DNA of 52,946 nucleotides from a virus (Duplodnaviria; Caudoviricetes). Under the pieces are notes generated by a model. That model ran no database searches and had not been told where the DNA came from. It worked only from the letters and a program-made list of their open reading frames with translations. This document shows positions 1-8,456 of the stretch, piece after piece. The stretch is taken from IMG/VR virus record IMGVR_UViG_3300020129_000041, positions 1-52,946 of that record. One strand, 5' to 3'. Within the stretch, counting starts at the first letter, position 1; the number at the start of each line of letters is the position of its first letter. Position numbers and translations under genes: made by a program.

Positions 1-108
1 ACGGCGACGGCTCCGGCTACGGCTACGGCTCCGGCTACGGCTACGGCTCCGGCTCCGGCTACGGCTACGGCTCCGGCGACGGCTACGGCGACGGCTACGG
101 CTATGGCG
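1..108 (+). repeat. GGC-(TAC/GAC/TCC) hexamer tandem repeat, left end
   Basis: Directly visible 6-nt units. Confidence 0.95.
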
Positions 109-470
109 AAAAAATCGAAAAGGCGTACTGGTCGAAAGCGATCGCGTACTTTGCCGCGAAGTGGACGCCGGAGCAAAAAACCGAATTGCGAGCCGCGAAA
201 CTCGTCGGCGCGCGCATCGCATTCTGGCGTTCCGATGCGCGAGGTTTCCCCGCAAACGGCGGCAAGCAACTCATGCCAGTAGCGCCAGGAACCGTCGAGG
301 AAATAGCCGGACCGCTTAAGCTCTGTACGAGGAATGCACTGCACGCAACCGACCTGCCGCGCAAGTGGAAAGGCGAACGGCTATGGGTCGTCGCGCTTTA
401 CGGCGAAGTAGCTGATGGCGGCGACAAGATAGGCGCGCTCAAGCGCGAGATTTTGGGAGAATGCATTTGA
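1..470 (+). CDS. 3' part of a Gly-Tyr/Asp/Ser repeat protein with a globular C-terminal domain (probably continues from 52593 across the window junction)
   Basis: The frame of ORF 186..470 is open back to base 3 and encodes (G-[Y/D/S])n then EKIEKAYWSKAIAYF...ILGECI*. The same repeat fills 52626-52946. Confidence 0.75.
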   Translation, partial: GDGSGYGYGSGYGYGSGSGYGYGSGDGYGDGYGYGEKIEKAYWSKAIAYFAAKWTPEQKTELRAAKLVGARIAFWRSDARGFPANGGKQLMPVAPGTVEEIAGPLKLCTRNALHATDLPRKWKGERLWVVALYGEVADGGDKIGALKREILGECI

Positions 471-562
471 GCCAACTAGCCAAACAGTTTGGTGTTTGGC
501 CGACTCTCATCCGGCGCATCGTGTTAGGCCAAGCTTGGAAACACATCGGCGAGTGTGTATGA
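461..562 (+). pseudogene. 33-aa HTH fragment resembling the C-terminal DNA-binding tail of phage HNH endonucleases
   Basis: Hand translation MHLSQLAKQFGVWPTLIRRIVLGQAWKHIGECV*. The LA..FGV....I..I..G..WKH pattern is present and there is no nuclease domain. Confidence 0.5.
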
Positions 563-590
563 CGCCCCCTGGCGCCTTGGCCGCGAAGCC

Positions 591-851
591 ATGACCGATA
601 AGCCCGCGCAGGTGAGTATCGAGGCGCAGATAGAGGCGTGCAAGGATGCTGCGCTTGGTGAGGTAGCTGTAACCGAACGCGAGAAGGCCACTCTCCGTGC
701 CGCCGCCGCGACCCTGCGCCAAGCAAAGACGCTCGCTGAGACACAGTGCAAGTCATGCGATTATGACGAGGCCGAGGGCTATCTGTTCAACCATTGCGAT
801 ACGTGCTGCCGCGCAATCGCTACAACCCTATGGGCGCTGACTCATGACTGA
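591..851 (+). CDS. hypothetical protein with C-terminal CxxC...CxxC motifs
   Basis: ORF 555..851. ATG at 591 preferred because of ATGA coupling. Confidence 0.6.
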   Translation: MTDKPAQVSIEAQIEACKDAALGEVAVTEREKATLRAAAATLRQAKTLAETQCKSCDYDEAEGYLFNHCDTCCRAIATTLWALTHD

Positions 852-1038
852 CACCCCGCCGCCGAGCACCGCCGCTCACAATGCAGCATTGGTAGAGGCC
901 GCCGATATTGTCGCCAAGCGCGCGAAGTCCCTGCGCGACGTGACCATCTTCGACGAGGGCCGATGCGTGATTACGATTGCACAGGTCGAGAAATACATGG
1001 ATGGAGTCGTCGGCGCAATCCTTGCGAGGCGCATATGA
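844..1038 (+). CDS. hypothetical protein starting with the PSTAA scaffold motif
   Basis: Overlap-coupled to both neighbours. Confidence 0.6.
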   Translation: MTDTPPPSTAAHNAALVEAADIVAKRAKSLRDVTIFDEGRCVITIAQVEKYMDGVVGAILARRI

Positions 1039-1784
1039 CCGGCCAGCCGAGCACCGCCGCGAGCGAGTTACACGCCGGTCCGTGTGTAGTCTGCGGATTG
1101 CGCAATTACCCGCTGAGCTTCGGCGGTCCGACGATCTGCCCTGCCTGCGATTGCGGCAACAGCGGTCCGCAACTGGTGCGCTCGCAGAAGCATCGCATCG
1201 CTGAACTTGAATCTGCGCTCTCGCGCCTGTCCGCTGGCGAGGGTGGGGCGCTGGTCAAGGAGATACACGCCCTGCTCGCCGAGACTCGCAAGCAGCGCGC
1301 CTTTACCAGCGAGAGCGAGTTCCGGTGGGAGTCGATTGTCCAGCGCGCCCGCGACGAGCTGGTGCGGAGGACGGAGAAGTTCAGCGAGCACACGAAGGCG
1401 GTCGAGTCATTCCTGTCGGACCTGTATTGCACGATGGTCGACCCGTGCGCCGAGGGAAAAATGTCCGTCGCCGATATGAAGGCCGCGTTGCTGAAAGCGG
1501 CTGAACAGGTGCGCGAGGATCAGGCCAAGCTCGCCGAGGCGGAGCGGGATGCACGGATGAACGACGAAATGTTGAAAGCAGCGGTGGACAGATTTCTCTC
1601 ATGGAAGCTGCCTGCTACGTTTCATCCCGACTGCGGTATTAGCTTCGACGGTCGCGGCAAGGACGCGCGTGGATTCGACAAAGGTTGGCCGGTCGGGACA
1701 AATCTATTTACGGCGGATGAAGCGCGGGCGATGCTTGCCCACTGCCTTGAGTACCTCGCCGCCGACCCGAGCAGGGAGGGGTGA
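1035..1784 (+). CDS. mosaic accessory protein (Zn-finger N-terminus, coiled coil), scaffold copy A
   Basis: ATGA start at 1035 is in frame with ORF 963..1784. Shares five short blocks with 4441..5109. Confidence 0.75.
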   Translation: MTGQPSTAASELHAGPCVVCGLRNYPLSFGGPTICPACDCGNSGPQLVRSQKHRIAELESALSRLSAGEGGALVKEIHALLAETRKQRAFTSESEFRWESIVQRARDELVRRTEKFSEHTKAVESFLSDLYCTMVDPCAEGKMSVADMKAALLKAAEQVREDQAKLAEAERDARMNDEMLKAAVDRFLSWKLPATFHPDCGISFDGRGKDARGFDKGWPVGTNLFTADEARAMLAHCLEYLAADPSREG

Positions 1785-1786
1785 GC

Positions 1787-1999
1787 ATGGCATACCGATT
1801 CTATCCGCCAGACGAAGGGTTCAGCGCCGACGAGATTAAGCGCGGGCTGCATTGGGTATACGCCGACGTTGAGTGTCCGCACTGCGGCAAGGTGCAGCCG
1901 GTTGCAGCAACAACCTATGTCGGCGGTCCTTGCGTGCAATGCGGACTGCACACTGGCGATAACGTCAGTGCCGCCCCTCCCACGAAAGGCGAGCGATGA
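1787..1999 (+). CDS. small zinc-ribbon protein
   Basis: CPHC...CVQC motifs. GGAGG upstream. Confidence 0.65.
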   Translation: MAYRFYPPDEGFSADEIKRGLHWVYADVECPHCGKVQPVAATTYVGGPCVQCGLHTGDNVSAAPPTKGER

Positions 2000-2199
2000 T
2001 CCATTACGCCGAATGCTACAACTGTTATGCCGAGGTTAGCATCGACGGATCACGCGATCCCGATGCTCGCCGCGATGCGCTCAAACAGGCCATGAAAGCC
2101 TGCACGTTCGAGCTTAATGGTGAGACGGTCTATCACATGACCGGGCGTGAGTGCTACGACGCAATCCGCGCCCTGCTGGAGCCGAGCGATGAGCGCTGA
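1996..2199 (+). CDS. hypothetical protein, paralog of 5946..6149
   Basis: Shares RR.A.KQA.K.C and the terminal IRALLEPSDER. Confidence 0.65.
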   Translation: MIHYAECYNCYAEVSIDGSRDPDARRDALKQAMKACTFELNGETVYHMTGRECYDAIRALLEPSDER

Positions 2200-2220
2200 C
2201 ACCGAGCGCGGGTATTGGAT

Positions 2221-4431
2221 ATGAGCGGGCCATCGTATGGGCAGTTTCTGCGCTCCAAGGTTATCAGCGATCCGGCAACGGGTCTGCGCGATGTGCCGGA
2301 CCTGTCGCCGATGCTGTTTGACTTTCAGCGCGACATCGTGCGCTGGGCACTCCGCCGTGGCCGTGCTGCGATCTTCGCTGATTGCGGACTCGGTAAGACG
2401 CCAATGCAGCTTGAATGGGCGCGGCACATACCGGGCCGCGTGCTGATCTTGGCACCGCTCGCGGTATCGGCGCAGACCGTGCGCGAAGCGCAGAAGTTCG
2501 GGATTGAGGGCGTTGTCTATGCTCGCCAGCCGACACTCACGAATGAGAAGATCATCGTCACGAATTACGAGATGCTTTCGCATTTCGACCCGGCCGACTT
2601 TACCGGGATCGTGCTCGATGAATCTTCCATCCTCAAGTCCTACGATGGCGCGACTCGCAATGCGATCATTTCCGCCTTCGAGCGGACGCCATTTCGGCTC
2701 GCTTGCACTGCGACGCCAGCCCCGAACGATTACATGGAGCTCGGCAATCACGCCGAGTTTCTAGGCACGCTGACACGCACGGAAATGCTCTCAACCTACT
2801 TCGTCCATGATGGCGGAGAGACGCAGAAATGGCGCCTGAAGGGCCATGCCGAGCGCGACTTCTGGCGCTGGCTCTGTTCGTGGGCAATCACGATCCGCAA
2901 GCCATCTGACCTTGGCTACGATGACGGCGATTTCGTTCTGCCTCCGATTGAGTTCATCGAGCATACGGTCGGCGCAACCCATGCCCAAGAAGGCTATCTG
3001 TTCGCGCTGCCGGCAGCGGGCCTTCAGGAGCGCATTGCAGCGCGCCGCGATACGTTAGTCGAGCGCGTGACCGAGGCCGCAGCGATCGTGGCAGAAGATG
3101 ATGGGACTTGGGTCGTCTGGTGCAATCTCAATGCAGAATCAGAAGCGCTCGCCAGTCAGATTATCGACTCCGTAGAGGTACGCGGGTCGGATTCTGCCGA
3201 TGAGAAAGAGCAAGCGCTTGTCGACTTCTCGACCGGCAAGACGCGGATCATGGTCACGAAGCCGAGCATCGCCGGCTTCGGGTTGAACTGGCAGCACTGC
3301 GCGAATGTCGCCTTCGTTGGACTCTCGGACTCGTGGGAATCCTACTATCAGGCCGTGCGTCGTTGCTGGCGCTTCGGGCAGAAAAAACCAGTCAAGGTGC
3401 ATATCATCACGGCCGACATTGAAGGCGCCGTGCTCGCCAATATCAAGCGCAAGGAAGCCGACGCGGAGAGGATGGCAAGTGAAATGCTGGAACATATGCG
3501 GGATCTGAACGCGGAGGCCTTGCACGGCGCAACCGTGCGCCAACGCGACGATTACAAGCCAGAGGTATCGCAGGGCGAGGATTGGACGCTCTATCTCGCC
3601 GATTGCGTGGACGTGACGCGGGAACTGCCGGACAACTCGCTGCATTATTCGATCTTCTCGCCGCCGTTCTCATCGCTCTATACCTACTCGGCGAGCGAGC
3701 GCGATCTTGGCAACTGCCGCGACTTGGATACTTTTATCGCTCACTTCGGGTTTCTGGTGAAGGAACTGCATCGGGCGATGATGCCCGGTCGTCTCGTGAG
3801 CTTCCACTGCATGAATCTGCCGACGAGTAAGGTCAAGCATGGCGTCATCGGGTTGCAAGACTTCCGCGGCGATCTGATCCGACTCTTTGAGCAGCATGGT
3901 TTCATCTATCATAGCGAAGTCGTGATCTGGAAAGACCCCGTCACGGCGATGCAGCGCACCAAGGCACTCGGACTGCTGCACAAGCAGCTCAAGAAGGACT
4001 CCTGCATGAGCCGTCAGGGCGTACCGGACTATCTCGTGACCATGCGCAAGGCTGGCGACAATCCAGAGCGCGTGACGCATACCGCCGATGACTTTCCGGT
4101 TGAACTCTGGCAAAACTACGCGAGCCCGGTCTGGATGGATATCAACCCGAACGAGACGCTGCAATTCAGGAGCGCACGCGAGCACGCCGACGAGCGCCAC
4201 ATCTGCCCGCTACAACTCGAGGTGATTCGCCGCGCGCTCAAGCTTTGGACCAATCCCGGCGATCTAGTGTATAGCCCGTTCGCTGGCATCGGCTCCGAAG
4301 GCTTCTGCGCGCTCCAAGCCGGTCGGCGATTTGTCGGCGCGGAACTCAAGCGCAGCTATTGGGAGCAGGCTAGCCGCAATCTACCGAGGGCGCGCGAGGA
4401 ACAAGGGCTGCTACTGGCGGACAGCGCATGA
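2221..4431 (+). CDS. SNF2-like helicase fused to an N4-C/N6-A DNA methyltransferase
   Basis: Walker A-like DCGLGKT, DESS, TATP and QAVRRCWRFGQ motifs, then SPPF (motif IV) and PFAGIGS (SAM binding). Confidence 0.85.
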   Translation: MSGPSYGQFLRSKVISDPATGLRDVPDLSPMLFDFQRDIVRWALRRGRAAIFADCGLGKTPMQLEWARHIPGRVLILAPLAVSAQTVREAQKFGIEGVVYARQPTLTNEKIIVTNYEMLSHFDPADFTGIVLDESSILKSYDGATRNAIISAFERTPFRLACTATPAPNDYMELGNHAEFLGTLTRTEMLSTYFVHDGGETQKWRLKGHAERDFWRWLCSWAITIRKPSDLGYDDGDFVLPPIEFIEHTVGATHAQEGYLFALPAAGLQERIAARRDTLVERVTEAAAIVAEDDGTWVVWCNLNAESEALASQIIDSVEVRGSDSADEKEQALVDFSTGKTRIMVTKPSIAGFGLNWQHCANVAFVGLSDSWESYYQAVRRCWRFGQKKPVKVHIITADIEGAVLANIKRKEADAERMASEMLEHMRDLNAEALHGATVRQRDDYKPEVSQGEDWTLYLADCVDVTRELPDNSLHYSIFSPPFSSLYTYSASERDLGNCRDLDTFIAHFGFLVKELHRAMMPGRLVSFHCMNLPTSKVKHGVIGLQDFRGDLIRLFEQHGFIYHSEVVIWKDPVTAMQRTKALGLLHKQLKKDSCMSRQGVPDYLVTMRKAGDNPERVTHTADDFPVELWQNYASPVWMDINPNETLQFRSAREHADERHICPLQLEVIRRALKLWTNPGDLVYSPFAGIGSEGFCALQAGRRFVGAELKRSYWEQASRNLPRAREEQGLLLADSA

Positions 4432-4479
4432 CCGCCCGCCCCGCCGAGCACCGCCGCGAGCGAGATTAACGCCGAGCGC

Positions 4480-5109
4480 ATGGCGCGGCTATTCCACGGT
4501 CACTATGAGCGGCTTGCGCCTTCGTTCAGCTACGTGACGCGCAAGGATTCGCGTGTCTCGTTCGATGATCTACCGCCGAACAATCGCGCGCTCATGCTGG
4601 CCGTGTGCAAGGAAATCGTCGAGTGGATCGAGGATTGCGAGCGTGCTGTGCCGCTCTCGCGCCTGTCCGCCGGCGAGGGTGACGTGACGGAACTCTTGCG
4701 CGACGCGGACGAATGCCCCGAATGGTCAAGCCTCGACGCCGTCAAGAACGTGGTGCGGAAACTGGCTATTGAGTTACGGCGCGCCCGCGACGAGCTTGTG
4801 CGGCAGGCGGATCACATTGTGAGCATGACCGAGGACCGCGATGCGTTCCAGCAGATGTACATGGACACGAAGGCCAAGCTCGCCGAGGCGGAGCGGGATG
4901 CGCGGAGGATAGACTGGCTAGAGTCGCACAAGAGCGCGCACATGGGTCCGCTGAATACTCACGTTACGCGCAAAGCCGCGTCAGTTGAAATGACGTGGTT
5001 GCCGGAACACAGCGTTATCCAGCGGGTAAATGCTGAGACTGTGCGTGCGGCTATCGACGCCGCCCTCGCCGCCGACCCGAGCAGGAGCAACGATGCCGCT
5101 CGCGATTGA
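4480..5109 (+). CDS. mosaic accessory protein, scaffold copy B
   Basis: LSRLSAGEG, RARDELVR, AKLAEAERDAR and LAADPSR are shared with 1035..1784. PSTAASE lies in frame upstream at 4444. Confidence 0.7.
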   Translation: MARLFHGHYERLAPSFSYVTRKDSRVSFDDLPPNNRALMLAVCKEIVEWIEDCERAVPLSRLSAGEGDVTELLRDADECPEWSSLDAVKNVVRKLAIELRRARDELVRQADHIVSMTEDRDAFQQMYMDTKAKLAEAERDARRIDWLESHKSAHMGPLNTHVTRKAASVEMTWLPEHSVIQRVNAETVRAAIDAALAADPSRSNDAARD

Positions 5110-5917
5110 CCTGTTCTGCGGCCTTGGCGGCTGGACCGAGGGCTTGCTTGCGGAGGGCTGGGACGTGATCGGGTTCGACATTGAGCAGCACGCATACGGC
5201 GAGCATCGCTATCCAGCGCAACTCGTCCTGCAAGACGTGCTGACGCTGCACGGCTCGCAGTTCCGCTCGGCTGATCTGATCGTCGCCTCGCCGCCGTGCC
5301 AGAAGTATTCGTACATGGCGATGCCGTGGTCGAAGTCGAAAGCGCTGATCGCTTGGTATCTGGAGTCGCCCGAGCGCATCGCCGAACTGAACGCGCTGTT
5401 TGACGCTTGCTTTCGCATCCAGCGCGAGGCGTGCGAGGCCAGCGGTCGGCATATCCCGCTGGTGGTCGAGAACGTGCGCGGGGCGGTTCCGTGGGTCGGC
5501 AGGAGTCGCTGGAACTTCGGCAGCTTCCACCTATGGGGCGACGTGCCCGCGCTAATGCCGATGACGAAGCGCACGGCCATCTTGAAGCCACAGGAGTATC
5601 AGCGGCGGCATGGGACGGGTTCATGGTTCGCAATCGACATGAAGTCGGCGCGAGCAGGAATCACTGATCCGGCTGCGATCAAGCAACCCGGAACGCGCTT
5701 CGACGGCAGCGGCAAGTCGTGGCAGACCGCAGCGGTTGAGGCGACCGGCACGAAGCAGGGCGGCGATTCGTTCAACGATTCGCAGCCGTCAATCTCGCGA
5801 CTCTATGGCAGCAAGAGCAGCAAGCGCAAGGCCGCGTCGGCGCTGATCGCCAAAATACCGCTGGTGCTGGCGCGGCACATCGGCCACTACTGGCATCCCG
5901 ACAGGATCGCGTCATGA
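5093..5917 (+). CDS. DNA (cytosine-5) methyltransferase
   Basis: DLFCGLGG (motif I), SPPCQ (catalytic), ENV (motif VI). AGGAG RBS before ATG 5093. Confidence 0.85.
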   Translation: MPLAIDLFCGLGGWTEGLLAEGWDVIGFDIEQHAYGEHRYPAQLVLQDVLTLHGSQFRSADLIVASPPCQKYSYMAMPWSKSKALIAWYLESPERIAELNALFDACFRIQREACEASGRHIPLVVENVRGAVPWVGRSRWNFGSFHLWGDVPALMPMTKRTAILKPQEYQRRHGTGSWFAIDMKSARAGITDPAAIKQPGTRFDGSGKSWQTAAVEATGTKQGGDSFNDSQPSISRLYGSKSSKRKAASALIAKIPLVLARHIGHYWHPDRIAS

Positions 5918-5945
5918 GTGCCGCCACTCCCGCGAAAGGCGAGCG

Positions 5946-6149
5946 ATGAGCCATCCGATGCAGCACGTACAGAATTTATGCGACATGGCGGCTGCCGATT
6001 CTAGGCGCGTCGCGATCAAACAGGCGATCAAGTGCTGCGAGGATTACGCCGTGGCGATGCAGATCAACCAAGAATTCTTGGCGCACGGAGCGGCCCATGC
6101 GTGTGCCAAGCGCATCCGCGCCCTGCTGGAGCCGAGCGATGAGCGCTGA
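5946..6149 (+). CDS. hypothetical protein, paralog of 1996..2199
   Basis: Identical C-terminal IRALLEPSDER. Confidence 0.65.
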   Translation: MSHPMQHVQNLCDMAAADSRRVAIKQAIKCCEDYAVAMQINQEFLAHGAAHACAKRIRALLEPSDER

Positions 6150-6663
6150 CACCGAGCGCAGGTGCGCCTCCGCTGACGAGATCGCGTATGCGCTGACGCG
6201 ACCGCAGGGTCCGTTCCCCTATCGCCGGTATGTGTGCGTGCCCAACGTCAGTTGGGGCTTGGACTTAGCGGGCGAGGCCGATGTCGTCGCTCTCTCCGGC
6301 TCCGGGTATCTGACCGAGATCGAGATCAAGATCAGCGTCGCCGATTTCCGCCGCGACGCCGGCAAGCGCAAGCACAGGCTTCCGAACGGGAGCGCGCACG
6401 GACTCGTCAGCGCCTTCTACTACGCAATGCCGGATACGATCTGGCCCAAAATTGAAGCCGAGTTTCCGCCGCACGCGGGATTGATCCTTGTCGATGACGA
6501 ATATCGGGCGCGGGTCGTTATCAAAGCGCCGGCGCGAGCGTGTCGCAAGCTCAGAGACGACGAGCGCGAACAGCTCGGGCGCTTGGGGACGATGCGATAC
6601 TGGACGCGGCTCAATCACGGCCAGTGGACCGCCCGCCCCGCCGAGCAGCGCGAGAGGGAGTAA
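6139..6663 (+). CDS. MmcB-like PD-(D/E)XK nuclease
   Basis: EADVVAL...EIEIKISVADFRRD and FYYAMP motifs. Start at MSADTER. Confidence 0.7.
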   Translation: MSADTERRCASADEIAYALTRPQGPFPYRRYVCVPNVSWGLDLAGEADVVALSGSGYLTEIEIKISVADFRRDAGKRKHRLPNGSAHGLVSAFYYAMPDTIWPKIEAEFPPHAGLILVDDEYRARVVIKAPARACRKLRDDEREQLGRLGTMRYWTRLNHGQWTARPAEQRERE

Positions 6664-6685
6664 AAAACCCCGACCGGAGCCGGGG
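6662..6685 (-). terminator. intrinsic terminator ending the leftward late operon
   Basis: Minus strand CCCCG-N8-CGGGG-TTTTTT, where the two operons converge. Confidence 0.7.
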
Positions 6686-6710
6686 CCGAAGTGGAAGGAA
6701 TAACAGACGG

Positions 6711-7193
6711 CTACGGAGTGACGCCGGGCCCGGTAACCTCAATCGCTCCGGCTACTGCCAGGCCGGCGGCGACGCCGAGCGAACCTTGCAGCAGGTAGTT
6801 GCCGGGCGTCCCGAGCTTGGTCTGATCTCCGAAAGCCGCGGTAATATTGACCGCGCCTTGCTTGCCGGTCAGCGTCAGGGTCGCGCCTTGCGGGTTCGCG
6901 GGATCGGGCGCGACCAGCGTCGCAACGGTCGTGTCGTCGATCGCCCATACTGGGATATCGGCGTCCGTGGTCGTGTTGCCCTTGTCATCGACGAACTTGT
7001 CAACGGCCAGTTGGAACGGGCCGCCGTCTACGGTTGTATTGCTCATGAAATCTCCTTCGAATGTAATCGAGAACCCCGGGTATTTCAGGGTAACGACGGG
7101 CCGTGCCGGCTCCGGTTTGCAGCGGCAGAATACCCAACAAAAGAGCCGCCGGAAGGCTTCCGCCGCAGGGCCGTCGTGTTCGTGGTGGCTCAT
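6711..7193 (-). CDS. Ig-like beta-sandwich protein, with an in-frame internal start at 7046
   Basis: W..DD..VATLV...GAVNITA pattern. GAAGGAG RBS before ATG 7046. Confidence 0.55.
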   Translation of the reverse strand: MSHHEHDGPAAEAFRRLFCWVFCRCKPEPARPVVTLKYPGFSITFEGDFMSNTTVDGGPFQLAVDKFVDDKGNTTTDADIPVWAIDDTTVATLVAPDPANPQGATLTLTGKQGAVNITAAFGDQTKLGTPGNYLLQGSLGVAAGLAVAGAIEVTGPGVTP

Positions 7194-7234
7194 GCCTGTA
7201 GTATACGCGCGGCGGTTTACGGTGGCGTTACCCG

Positions 7235-7624
7235 CTAGCCGAAATAGGCTGCGTTGAATGCCTTGGCGTCGGTCGCCGGGTCGCCGGTGAGCTGGAGCGT
7301 GAGCGGGCCCGGCGTCCCGTTCTTGCCGGGCGCTGGCGCTGGAGTGGCAGGCTCGGCTGCGGCCGGCCCCGCCGCGGTCACCGCCATGTGCGCCTCGACC
7401 GCCCCGCGCAATTTGGAAAGCTCCGTCGCGATATCGCTTCCTACGGCCTTCAGATCGGCCCCGGCGGTCGCGGTCAAGGCTGCAGCGCCGGTCGGGTTCT
7501 TCTTGTGATACCAGACGAAGGCGACGACGGCGAGGACGACGACCAGGATCGCGCCGAACATCCACGGGTCGAAGGTTGAGCTGGCAGCCGCCACGGGGGC
7601 GAGGGTTTGGGCGTAAGCGTTCAT
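7235..7624 (-). CDS. single-pass membrane protein in the lysis region
   Basis: Hydrophobic WMFGAILVVVLAVVAFVWY followed by a Pro/Ala-rich tail. ATGA-coupled. Confidence 0.7.
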   Translation of the reverse strand: MNAYAQTLAPVAAASSTFDPWMFGAILVVVLAVVAFVWYHKKNPTGAAALTATAGADLKAVGSDIATELSKLRGAVEAHMAVTAAGPAAAEPATPAPAPGKNGTPGPLTLQLTGDPATDAKAFNAAYFG

Positions 7625-8013
7625 TTGGGGGCGACTCCTTTGGTGGTCTGACATTGGACAAACAGGGCTTCGAGCTGGCGCATGTAGAGCTCGTCGGCGG
7701 CGTTATCGGCCGCGATCGCATCCGCCATCTGGTCGGTCGTGGCGTGGTCGATATCGATCGGCGTCGGGACCGGCGCGACGGGGCGATCGGCCTCGCTGAA
7801 GCAGGGCACCGGGACCGGAACCTTGACCTCGACGGTCGTGGTCCGCGTTTCCGGCGGCAACGTCGGATCGGATGCGCAGCCGACAAGCGCCACCGCTATA
7901 ATTGCGATTGTGAGCCGACCATATCGCGGACGTCGATAGCGGCGCGGTGGCAACACGGAACAGGAGTTGGCGGGTCGACCCGCGACATCCCCGTACGATG
8001 CTGGCCGGCTCAT
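7621..8013 (-). CDS. o-spanin (Rz1-like lipoprotein)
   Basis: Lipobox LVGC, Pro-rich VEVKVPVPVPC, follows the i-spanin. Confidence 0.75.
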   Translation of the reverse strand: MSRPASYGDVAGRPANSCSVLPPRRYRRPRYGRLTIAIIAVALVGCASDPTLPPETRTTTVEVKVPVPVPCFSEADRPVAPVPTPIDIDHATTDQMADAIAADNAADELYMRQLEALFVQCQTTKGVAPK

Positions 8014-8456
8014 TTCGCCACCCCGCGCCGATCGCGCAGCGCCTGCCGCAGCGTGTCCTTTGCTTTGGCGAGTTCGTCCGCGCAGGCCATCAGTTTCGGC
8101 TTGGCGGCGGCGTCGGCCTGAAGTTGGGCGATCCGCGGGGCCGCTGCGGTTGCATCCTTCGCCTGCTGTACCCGCAGCGCCTTTGCCGCGTCAGAGTTCG
8201 CCTGCGCGCGGTTGTGCCAGAGGTCGACCAGATCGGATTGCGTCTTGGCGTTGGCGACGCAGGCCGCGGTATCGGCCTGGGCGTTCTCGATGCGCGTGTT
8301 CAATTGTGCGACCACCTTCTGGTCAGCCGCTAACTGTCGCGCCGCCCCTTCCTGCCGCGCCGGCTCGACGTAGTATTTCTGTTCGAATTCGTGGAAGGCG
8401 AAGGCCGCTCCGGCGGCGAGCGCGGCATAGATCGCGAGCTCGATGAGTATGCTCAC
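8010..8456 (-). CDS. i-spanin (Rz-like)
   Basis: N-terminal TM followed by an Ala/Gln-rich coiled coil with Cys. Confidence 0.7.
   Translation of the reverse strand: MSILIELAIYAALAAGAAFAFHEFEQKYYVEPARQEGAARQLAADQKVVAQLNTRIENAQADTAACVANAKTQSDLVDLWHNRAQANSDAAKALRVQQAKDATAAAPRIAQLQADAAAKPKLMACADELAKAKDTLRQALRDRRGVAK

Noticed and set aside
861-6647. Left-arm repeats as a CRISPR array or a DGR template/variable repeat pair
   Set aside because: The repeats are several different sequences with irregular spacing, the mismatches are not adenine-specific, and no cas or reverse transcriptase gene is visible.
861-6647. Integron or shufflon
   Set aside because: The repeats are direct, lack attC-like palindromes, and no site-specific recombinase is present.
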